A stretch of DNA of 20,000 nt, taken from the IMG/VR virus record IMGVR_UViG_3300025121_000021. The stretch is one strand, 5' to 3'. Below the pieces are notes generated by a model. That model ran no database searches, was not told the origin of the DNA, and worked only from the letters and a program-made list of their open reading frames with translations. Of the stretch, positions 1-6,808 are shown piece by piece (within the stretch, counting starts at the first letter, position 1; the number at the start of each line of letters is the position of its first letter). The stretch is from an uncultured virus (IMG/VR IMGVR_UViG_3300025121_000021). Lineage: Duplodnaviria; Heunggongvirae; Uroviricota; Caudoviricetes. Made by a program: the position numbers and the translations under genes.

Positions 1-47
1 TGGAGGCCGGGATGACCTCCTTGATCACGGTCTTGGAGGCCGGGATG
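1..47. repeat. 33-bp-period direct repeat within the HU-like gene
   Basis: TGGAGGCCGGGATG at 1-14 and 34-47. TTGATCACGGTCTTGG also occurs at 21-36 and 282-297. Confidence 0.85.
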
Positions 48-346
48 TCGATAACCGCGCCGGTCTGGGGATTCCTGCTGCGCCGTCGCATGATCTGGTC
101 TTGGGCCTTAGCCCTCAACCAGATTTCGTTCTCGATATCCTTCCAGGTGTGGCACGCCTTGGTCAACGTTATCATGTGGCCACGGCTGACACTTAACCCG
201 TTGAGAGCCGCAATGGCTCTCTTCACCTTGACCCAACTCCGGACCGAGGCCCGGGTGTCGAACAGGACGTCGCACACTTCGTTGATCACGGTCTTGGTCA
301 GACCGTGATGTTTAAGGGTGTTACTTAAGACTAATTGCTGGTTCAT
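1..346 (-). CDS. Divergent HU/IHF-like DNA-binding protein (3' end runs off window)
   Basis: Hand-translated: GGAGG RBS (351-355) then ATG at 346, open to the window edge. Product: MNQQLVLSNTLKHHGLTKTVINEVCDVLFDT...RRRSRNPQTGAVIDIPASKTVIKEVIPAS. The N-terminus resembles HU helices 1-2 and RNPQTG-x-x-I-x-IPASK matches the HU arm. The GFGTF strand motif is absent. Confidence 0.7.
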   Translation of the reverse strand, partial: MNQQLVLSNTLKHHGLTKTVINEVCDVLFDTRASVRSWVKVKRAIAALNGLSVSRGHMITLTKACHTWKDIENEIWLRAKAQDQIMRRRSRNPQTGAVIDIPASKTVIKEVIPAS

Positions 347-367
347 ATTTCCTCCATAAAGAGGGTT

Positions 368-743
368 GACTTCTGGCCCCGAACCATTAGGTACCCAGAA
401 GTTTGGGCATCTTGTGCCCGCCGGGGTTATGGACTCCCGGCAGCCTCGTGATTCTGGCTCACGTCGCCCTGTTTCGGATTCTCCACCGCTCATCATGAGG
501 GAGAAATCCGCAACCACTCCTCCTTGAGTGGAGATATATGAGACGATTTTTTCTTCGGGGTTCGTCTCAAGCCCCTATTTTTCACCAGGAAGAGGGGGTA
601 AGACCTAAGATGAGTGACTAGACGGTCTCACTCACCCTCCCTTCCCGGTGAAAACGTGGGGTTACTCTCATGCCTCTCCGGTAGCGCCCCAAAACTTCCG
701 GAGAGAGGGGGGTGGGCATCGAACGCCGATGTTTCTCACCCTC
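368..743. other. GC-rich array of about 10 consecutive inverted repeats (candidate structured RNA or DNA element)
   Basis: Stems seen: ACTTCTGG/CCAGAAGT (369-402), GGGCA/TGCCC (405-419), GCCGGG/CCCGGC (420-441), CGTGA/TCACG (447-463), CGGATTCTCC/GGAGAAATCCG (475-510), CCACTC/GAGTGG (514-531), TGAGACGA/TCGTCTCA (539-569), a ~21-bp stem (579-599/634-654), CTCTCCGG/CCGGAGAG (674-705), and GGGTG..CATCG/CGATG..CACCC (710-741). Confidence 0.75.
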
Positions 744-760
744 ATACTTCACTGGGTACT

Positions 761-880
761 CCTTCTAAATTATTTCCAGATTTATTTTCATATAGGAAAA
801 TTACAGATTCTTCCCCTTCTAAATTTATTTCAAACTTTATTTTCCGTAGGAATTTTTCACTCATGGGATCCTTCTCTAAA
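761..880. repeat. AT-rich imperfect direct repeats, 54-55 bp period
   Basis: CCTTCTAAATT at 761 and 815, TTTATTTTC at 781 and 836, TAGGAA at 793 and 847, and a third CCTTCT at 870. Confidence 0.75.
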
Positions 881-971
881 AGCATTCCATCCATGTAATT
901 TGAATCTTGCCTCTCTCTATTTTCATTCATTCCCTACACTTGGGAATATCAAAAAATATTTTTCCTGGGTA

Positions 972-1000
972 TTTACTTTATAAGGGCGATTTAGTATAAT
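972..1000 (+). promoter_or_regulatory. sigma70/sigmaA-type promoter
   Basis: TTTACT (972-977), 17-bp spacer, TATAAT (995-1000), 31 bp upstream of the first + strand gene. Confidence 0.7.
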
Positions 1001-1031
1001 ATTTACAATTGAACAACACTTAAGTAAACAT

Positions 1032-1673
1032 ATGACAACAGAACTTGCGAATTCTACAAATCTTGAAGGGACAATAACTGCTTCAACTTTTACCAATAGT
1101 CCCCTCTGGACAGTATATGAGCATCCTCAGACAACAGCAGCAGAAGGTTATACAATAACTGGAACAACAGAGGACTATTCCCAAACTTATATAACAGGAG
1201 ATCTCGTAATAGCTGCAGGCGACACTAACGCGATGAGCGCAGCAAGAATGCAATATATTTATATTGATGGTACTAATAGTGGAATCGGTGCAGAAAGATA
1301 TCCTTTTATTTATCAAGATGTGAATGGCGTCGAAACAGTTAACCTTAGAAGTTTCAATGCTACAAATTACTTAGCGAGGATGACAGAAAAAGAAACTGAA
1401 GTATTACTTGCCACTATGCCTGCAAAAATGCGTATTGCCTATTTTGAGATTAAGAAACATTTAATCGCTGGAGTATTAGTAGTAGAACGAAAATATACAG
1501 ATCTTCTCTTTGCTTTACTAGGTTTGATTGGGTTTGTTCAAAACTTCAATAATATTGGTTACGAGAAGCAGCACTTGTTTTCTATTGTTACGGGGCTAGT
1601 TACTACCGACGAAACATTTGTGAAAACCTTATATAAAATTGCTTTCAATGAAATAGAAGAGGAAATATTATGA
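1032..1673 (+). CDS. Hypothetical protein (Thr-rich N-terminal half, helical C-terminal half)
   Basis: 213-aa ORF downstream of the promoter, with an ATGA overlap with the next gene. No recognised motif. Confidence 0.7.
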   Translation: MTTELANSTNLEGTITASTFTNSPLWTVYEHPQTTAAEGYTITGTTEDYSQTYITGDLVIAAGDTNAMSAARMQYIYIDGTNSGIGAERYPFIYQDVNGVETVNLRSFNATNYLARMTEKETEVLLATMPAKMRIAYFEIKKHLIAGVLVVERKYTDLLFALLGLIGFVQNFNNIGYEKQHLFSIVTGLVTTDETFVKTLYKIAFNEIEEEIL

Positions 1674-2122
1674 TGTTATATTTATCCATGTCGATGGGAG
1701 GTTTTGCTGAACCTCATCCTTTTGTTGAGTTTATTGAATCTGCTTTTCAGAGAGATTGTGCGATTTATAATCCTCGTTTAACATTAAAAGAAAATTGCAC
1801 TCGATCTGTGTTGTTTGCTAATGTCATGAAAGATTCTCCTTTTATTGAACAAGAAACTCTCTATCCTAAAGATACTAGTCTGATCCAGGAATATCAACAG
1901 CATCTTATAGATCTATCAAATGTCTTTATTGTCGAACTAGATAGGATGTCTCAAGGATCTAAATACCTAGAAATCGCATATGCTAGGTCTAAAGATATTC
2001 CTATCGTTGGGATACTAGATACCATGACTATTACACCTTGGGTTTGGAATTCAGTCGGTTATGTATGTAAATTACAAAACGCACCGAAGCTCATTCAACT
2101 AATTCTTAATGACATGTTATAA
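1670..2122 (+). CDS. Nucleoside 2-deoxyribosyltransferase (NDT)-like / nucleotide N-glycosidase family protein
   Basis: N-terminal LYLSMSM strand, IYNP, then 'SNVFIVELD..SQGSKYLEIAYARSKDIPIVG' resembling the S-x-G...E-x-x-Y-A...P motif with the catalytic Glu, and a C-terminal TPW. Confidence 0.65.
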   Translation: MMLYLSMSMGGFAEPHPFVEFIESAFQRDCAIYNPRLTLKENCTRSVLFANVMKDSPFIEQETLYPKDTSLIQEYQQHLIDLSNVFIVELDRMSQGSKYLEIAYARSKDIPIVGILDTMTITPWVWNSVGYVCKLQNAPKLIQLILNDML

Positions 2123-2123
2123 T
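2115..2123 (+). promoter_or_regulatory. Extended -10 promoter upstream of the HTH gene
   Basis: TGTTATAAT matches TGnTATAAT exactly. A weak TTCAAC lies at 2094-2099. Confidence 0.5.
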
Positions 2124-2145
2124 AAAAAGAAAAACAGAGGTTTGT

Positions 2146-2508
2146 ATGCGATTTTATGAGTTTTTCCGAGATAGAAGAGAACAGATAGAACCTGTATTAA
2201 AAGACTTTGCAGAATTAGTGGGGATGGATACTGGTAATCTTTCTAAACTAGAGAGAGGATTAATTGACCCTCCTAAGTGGCCTAATGTTTTAAATAGACA
2301 TGCCGAAGCTCTCCAGTTAAGACCTTTAACTCCAGAATGGTATTTATTCTTTGATTTAGCCTATGCAGAAAATGGGCGCATACCATCTGATTGTTTATCA
2401 GAAGAAATATTTGATTGGTTGCCCACTCTTTTTTGTTTATTCCGTGGTCATAAAGTAGAAGATGAGAAATATAAAGAATTCGTAAAATTTCTAGGCCGGA
2501 ATCAATGA
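2146..2508 (+). CDS. XRE-family helix-turn-helix transcriptional regulator
   Basis: 'FFRDRRE...LKDFAELVGMDTGNLSKLERGLIDPP' is a typical HTH_3 pattern, with a GAGG RBS upstream. Confidence 0.85.
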   Translation: MRFYEFFRDRREQIEPVLKDFAELVGMDTGNLSKLERGLIDPPKWPNVLNRHAEALQLRPLTPEWYLFFDLAYAENGRIPSDCLSEEIFDWLPTLFCLFRGHKVEDEKYKEFVKFLGRNQ

Positions 2509-2509
2509 A

Positions 2510-3202
2510 ATGGGATTTGAGAATGGCTATCAAGATGGAGATTCTGTAACTCTCAAACTTTTATACGAACATCAATATACTCTCTGCAAGTTTAAGACTC
2601 TAGAATTCACTGAAGATGATAATATCTGTATTGGGATCGGACGCCCTACCGGAGTTAGTTTTGGGTTTCTCACAACAATTATGCCCGAAAAAAATCATTC
2701 ATCTTATTTAGATGAAACGTATAGTGTTGTAATAGTAAAACAAGTCGGCGAAGACACTCTCTATAAGATTGCTTCAGAAATTTTAATTTCTGATCCTAAT
2801 GGAGACCCCATCCGATTAAGAGACTTTACTTCTATCGGAGAAATAATGTTTCTTGGAAAATGTTTTTCTCCTTGGCTTCCTTATAATTGCGTATCTCCCG
2901 TTTGGTCTTGGAACGGTCAAGAAGTTGGGCAAGTGAAAAGTTTAACATTATTATTTAAATCTTTTCAACTTAATGCTAAAAGCATCTCTGGGTTTATGAC
3001 TGTTAAAGATTATAATTTCGGCAATTTTGTCTGTATTGGAGATATAGATATCAAATACTCAATGGATTTTGGATATTTGCATTTAGAGAATGTAGTTTTA
3101 AGAAAAATAGATACAGATGAACAAATTGTCTATTCTAGACAGATCCAAAAAAATGAAACTTATAATTTTACAGCTAACCTATTATTGGCAGAAAGTGAAT
3201 AA
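2510..3202 (+). CDS. Hypothetical protein
   Basis: 230-aa ORF abutting both neighbours. No motif recognised. Confidence 0.65.
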   Translation: MGFENGYQDGDSVTLKLLYEHQYTLCKFKTLEFTEDDNICIGIGRPTGVSFGFLTTIMPEKNHSSYLDETYSVVIVKQVGEDTLYKIASEILISDPNGDPIRLRDFTSIGEIMFLGKCFSPWLPYNCVSPVWSWNGQEVGQVKSLTLLFKSFQLNAKSISGFMTVKDYNFGNFVCIGDIDIKYSMDFGYLHLENVVLRKIDTDEQIVYSRQIQKNETYNFTANLLLAESE

Positions 3203-3514
3203 ATGGAAGATCTACATTATATAGAATATTTAAGAAAAAAGTTAGAAGGACAAACTCCTAAAGACTTATTAGAAGAATTAATACTAAAACAACCTCATAG
3301 TGAAAGATTCAGTACTTTGTACAAGGGAAACAAAAAATGCCAACTTGTAAAAGTAGTATATAATCATTACTCTATGATGGATATTGGCGCATCTGTATAT
3401 TTTACGTGGTTAGACGAGAAATATAAAGGATATACCTGTAAAGATCTATTCAAAGAACTAACAAAAGACAGAGAAGAATATCAAGAATTATATAGGTTAT
3501 TATGTCAGAATTAA
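3203..3514 (+). CDS. Hypothetical protein
   Basis: 103-aa ORF starting immediately after the previous stop and overlapping the next gene. Confidence 0.65.
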   Translation: MEDLHYIEYLRKKLEGQTPKDLLEELILKQPHSERFSTLYKGNKKCQLVKVVYNHYSMMDIGASVYFTWLDEKYKGYTCKDLFKELTKDREEYQELYRLLCQN

Positions 3515-4293
3515 ATGAAGAGACTTTTGGAGTAAATGCTTTAGTAACAACTACTGAAGATCCTCATCCTCATTCTCCAGAATACTATCAAGCAATAAAA
3601 GAAATAGAAGCGGGCAAATATGCCGATATAAGTCTTACTAAAGAAGAAGTAAGAAGAATAAAGGTTTCTATAGCAAGAATGTCCACAGGAGTATTTGCTT
3701 CTTTACCTCTTACTTGTCTAGGCGAAAAATGTCCACATGTATCTGATTGCCCCCTTTATGAGATAAATAAACTCCCTATAGGAAGAAAATGCCTCATAGA
3801 ACTAAACATGATAGAAGACTTCTATAAGAGATATATAATCGAATTTGATATTCAACCAGGAGAATTCGCGCAATTATCTTTAATAGATGATTTAGTAACC
3901 ATAGATATTCTCTTAAAGAGAGCTTATAACTCCTTAGGAAATCCTGATATGCGTCAAGCTCAATTCCGACATCTAGGATTAGAAGATCACGAAATTCCCA
4001 TTAGAGAGTTCCAAGATGGAACTATCATGACAACTATGGAAACAGAGATAGGAAGAACCTATGAATTAGCCACTCATCCTTTATTATCTCTTATTGATAA
4101 ACTGACCAATAAGAAACAAAAGATTTTGAGTAGTCTTGTAGGGACTCCACAAGAAAAGTACAAGCGCGATGCAGCCTTAAAACAGAAGAAAGATAGTGAT
4201 GCTTCTAAGAATATGACTGCAATGAGAGAATCACTTAATAAGATATTGGAATCAAAACAAATAGATGCTGTTTCCTCAACTTATACAGAATAA
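3502..4293 (+). CDS. Candidate terminase small subunit with Cys cluster
   Basis: Lies upstream of TerL. Has a C-x4-C-x5-C...C cluster. The helical core ending 'HPLLSLIDKLTNKKQKILSSLVGTPQEK' resembles the (H/N)P...L-x-x-T-P signature of P27-type TerS. Confidence 0.45.
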   Translation: MSELNEETFGVNALVTTTEDPHPHSPEYYQAIKEIEAGKYADISLTKEEVRRIKVSIARMSTGVFASLPLTCLGEKCPHVSDCPLYEINKLPIGRKCLIELNMIEDFYKRYIIEFDIQPGEFAQLSLIDDLVTIDILLKRAYNSLGNPDMRQAQFRHLGLEDHEIPIREFQDGTIMTTMETEIGRTYELATHPLLSLIDKLTNKKQKILSSLVGTPQEKYKRDAALKQKKDSDASKNMTAMRESLNKILESKQIDAVSSTYTE

Positions 4294-5182
4294 GCTCTAT
4301 CAACATGAGCGGGATCAAAGAGACTATTATCCTATTAGAGCAACCGAAAGATTTGGTGCATCTTCGATTGGATATAGTCTTGGAGCTATTCGAGGGCAAT
4401 TAAGTGGTGGTGGTTCTTATGCTAGTGCGTTTTCACGCCAAGGACAAGGTCAACAGGATGAACCTTTGTCTGAAGCCGCCTTAGGAACGACACTCCATAG
4501 GTTTTATGAAGGTTTATTCCTAAAACAAGGTACTGCTCAAAGTGTCGAAGATTTCTCATATTACTATGAAGGTGGGATCGTCGGAACTTCAGACTACCAA
4601 ACTAAAGCAGGTATTTTAGGAGACGTAAAATCTCTTAATGCCGGTAGTATGGAAAATTTGTTTCGGTATGGTCCTTCTAAGTCAGGTATCGCGCAAACAA
4701 ATTATTATGCTGGAAGAATGGGATATCCTAATACGCAGCTTATGTATACTTTGCAAGATAATCCTGCCGTTAGAATTGGCATTAATACTAAGTTCGATCC
4801 AGAACTTTATAAAAAATCTGTAGAGAAAGTACAGAGAGCAAGAGAGCAAGTTGAGACAGAGCAAGACCTATATGGGGTTAAGAAATATAGTCCCGGTAGA
4901 ATGTCAGTCAAACAGTTGACAGAAACTTCTAGAGAAGAAACATATACTGCTCAAGCTAATTTAGAAGATCAGGCGTATCTATATTTTCATCAATTTCAAA
5001 ATACAAGAATGCAAAGACGATTAAAACAATCTGGTATGCAAATATCACAAGAAGAGTTGGTCGCCAGGCAAGTTCAAAGTTGGTATAATGAAGAGATAGG
5101 GAATACAGCAGGGTTACCAATAGCATTATGGGAAAATCGCAACAAATTCCAACCAAATTCTTCTTTTTCTTTAAGCGAGTAA
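4265..5182 (+). CDS. PD-(D/E)XK (RecB/Cas4-like) nuclease-domain protein
   Basis: Motifs in the expected order: ASSIG, GTTLH, E, GTSD, DVKS, QTNYY. No Cys, so no Cas4-type Fe-S cluster. Confidence 0.7.
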   Translation: MLFPQLIQNKLYQHERDQRDYYPIRATERFGASSIGYSLGAIRGQLSGGGSYASAFSRQGQGQQDEPLSEAALGTTLHRFYEGLFLKQGTAQSVEDFSYYYEGGIVGTSDYQTKAGILGDVKSLNAGSMENLFRYGPSKSGIAQTNYYAGRMGYPNTQLMYTLQDNPAVRIGINTKFDPELYKKSVEKVQRAREQVETEQDLYGVKKYSPGRMSVKQLTETSREETYTAQANLEDQAYLYFHQFQNTRMQRRLKQSGMQISQEELVARQVQSWYNEEIGNTAGLPIALWENRNKFQPNSSFSLSE

Positions 5183-5183
5183 T

Positions 5184-5810
5184 ATGAGTCAACAGTCAAG
5201 ATTCGCAAAAGCTATTAGTGACTTCAAGTTAAATATGCAGATAGAAGTTGCTACTGCTGGTCTTCCTATCTTTGGTGGAGAAAACACTTTAGATAGTGTT
5301 AATATGGTTCTTGGTGGTTCTGCCGGTTATTATGCCGCAACAGGAGTCACTACACTTGGTGGAGCCACTATAGGTCGTGCATTTCCTAAATGGAGTGAGA
5401 AAACTCCAGGTTTTAATGGGAAGAGTGCTATGACAAACTTCAAAGAAGGAGTAGAGTCTTTCAAAGAAGTTCAAGGTCATGGCTTTAAAACTCCTGAAAC
5501 TTGGAAGGCTATTAGACAAGGATCGAAAAGCTTTGCTAAAGGAGGATTAAGATCTCTTGGTTTTGGTGTTGCAAAAGCATTTAAATATGGACTACCATTC
5601 CTTGGATGGTATGCTGGATATAGTGGGTTGAGCTATGGATTTGATTTAATAAATAAGTCTACTGGTGTTAAAATGTCTAAAACCGGTGGTAGTATGGAAA
5701 CACTAAGAACTCAAGGTGAGTTTATTAGAAATATGCAAAAAAGTCAGGGTCTTTTCGCTATTAACTCTTTGATGGGAAGAGAAGCTGAATTTTATCATGG
5801 AGGAATGTAA
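5184..5810 (+). CDS. Gly-rich hypothetical protein, possible internal virion/ejection protein
   Basis: 208 aa, Gly/Ala-rich and basic, with a moderately hydrophobic 'YGLPFLGWYAGYSGLSYGF' segment. TAATG overlap with the next gene. Confidence 0.6.
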   Translation: MSQQSRFAKAISDFKLNMQIEVATAGLPIFGGENTLDSVNMVLGGSAGYYAATGVTTLGGATIGRAFPKWSEKTPGFNGKSAMTNFKEGVESFKEVQGHGFKTPETWKAIRQGSKSFAKGGLRSLGFGVAKAFKYGLPFLGWYAGYSGLSYGFDLINKSTGVKMSKTGGSMETLRTQGEFIRNMQKSQGLFAINSLMGREAEFYHGGM

Positions 5811-6808
5811 TGGCTTGGTATAATACAGCTTGGAATGCTGCTCAAGAGATCGCAGTAGGTCCAATAGGCAAAGGTATGGCTATTGGAGCAGGCGTAGGAG
5901 CCGTTGGTGGTGCTACCTACTCCTTAGGTAGCGATAGGACATCATTCCTTGGAGGAGCCTTTAAAGGTGCTTTACTTGGCGCTGGACTAGGGTCTGGTCA
6001 AGCTACTAAAGGTATCATGGGTGGCGCTATTGCTGGTGGTATTTATGGTGGTATCAAAGACAACCAAACTATCCTAGGTGGGGCTGTCATGGGTGGTGCG
6101 ATTGGTGGAGGTATCCATGCTGGAGGCACACACTTAGGTTGGTGGAAAAAAAAGGCCGCTGCTGCTGGTACTCCTGCTGCTGAGTCCTTAGCAAGTAAGA
6201 ACCAACGAGACATTAATCGGGAAATGGGTTCTGAGGTAATGACATCTACACCAGGAGATGTCGACTATAGAGGTTTATTTGATGAAGGCCTGCATGGTTT
6301 TCTTGCTGACAAAAAGCGTCTTGCTGCCGAGCGTGCTGCTGCGGCTGCCGCTCCCGCTCCTTCTGCAGTCGCTTCTCCTGCTCCTGTTATTCCAACTGCT
6401 TCTAGTGTAGCAAATACAATTCAGGCAATTAAAGAAACTTCTACGGGAGTTTGGGGAGTTGCAGAGAGTCAAGAACTTATAGATTCGTCAACAAAGAGAC
6501 TTAAAGATAAATATAGTAGTATGCTCAATAAAACATTACCTCCTGAGTTTGAAACAAGAAAGAATACTATTTTATCTCATATGCAACAGTCATTTTTGCC
6601 GACATATACAGAAGATCAAATAAACAAAGGCGTTGGAGATCTTGAGAGAGATTTATTTGATCTCTTTAAAGATGTAAGTGGGTTGAAAGCTGCCAAAGAA
6701 GCAACTAAAGTGGCTACAAAGTCATTAAAGGAGGGAAATTTAACAAATAGTCCATCTCTTAAAAAACAGCGTAAGAATAAACAACCAAAAAAGAATCAAC
6801 GTAGATGA
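5810..6808 (+). CDS. Glycine-zipper protein with Ala/Pro linker and basic tail
   Basis: Four GxxxG-rich helices in two repeated units (aa ~21-61 and ~67-101), then an AAAAAAPAPSAVASPAP linker and a KKQRKNKQPKKNQRR tail. GGAGG RBS upstream. Confidence 0.7.
   Translation: MAWYNTAWNAAQEIAVGPIGKGMAIGAGVGAVGGATYSLGSDRTSFLGGAFKGALLGAGLGSGQATKGIMGGAIAGGIYGGIKDNQTILGGAVMGGAIGGGIHAGGTHLGWWKKKAAAAGTPAAESLASKNQRDINREMGSEVMTSTPGDVDYRGLFDEGLHGFLADKKRLAAERAAAAAAPAPSAVASPAPVIPTASSVANTIQAIKETSTGVWGVAESQELIDSSTKRLKDKYSSMLNKTLPPEFETRKNTILSHMQQSFLPTYTEDQINKGVGDLERDLFDLFKDVSGLKAAKEATKVATKSLKEGNLTNSPSLKKQRKNKQPKKNQRR

Noticed and set aside
12..308. + strand 98-aa ORF
   Set aside because: It is the antisense shadow of the - strand HU-like gene, which has the RBS and recognisable motifs.
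470..500. Hammerhead-like TGATGA...GAAAC on the - strand
   Set aside because: The core reads ATGATGA rather than CTGANGA, stem II does not pair properly, and no stem I/III with a cleavage triplet was found.
347..574. Stop-free upstream extension of the HU-like reading frame with AGGAGG near 520
   Set aside because: The SD-like sequence is only 1 nt from the in-frame GTG and sits in a hairpin. The ATG at 346 has a good RBS and matches the HU N-terminus.
368..743. tRNA, tmRNA, RNase P or CRISPR array as the explanation for the hairpins
   Set aside because: There is no T-loop/acceptor stem, no GAGGAAAGTCC, and the stems are unrelated in sequence, so there is no repeat-spacer pattern.
614..983. 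Overlapping + strand ORFs 614-898 and 648-983 and - strand ORF 742-930
   Set aside because: They lie in hairpin and repeat DNA, lack well-spaced RBSs and show no motifs. The - strand 62-aa ORF cannot be fully excluded.
4265..5182. Cas4 / CRISPR system
   Set aside because: There are no Fe-S cysteines, and no other cas genes or array in the window.
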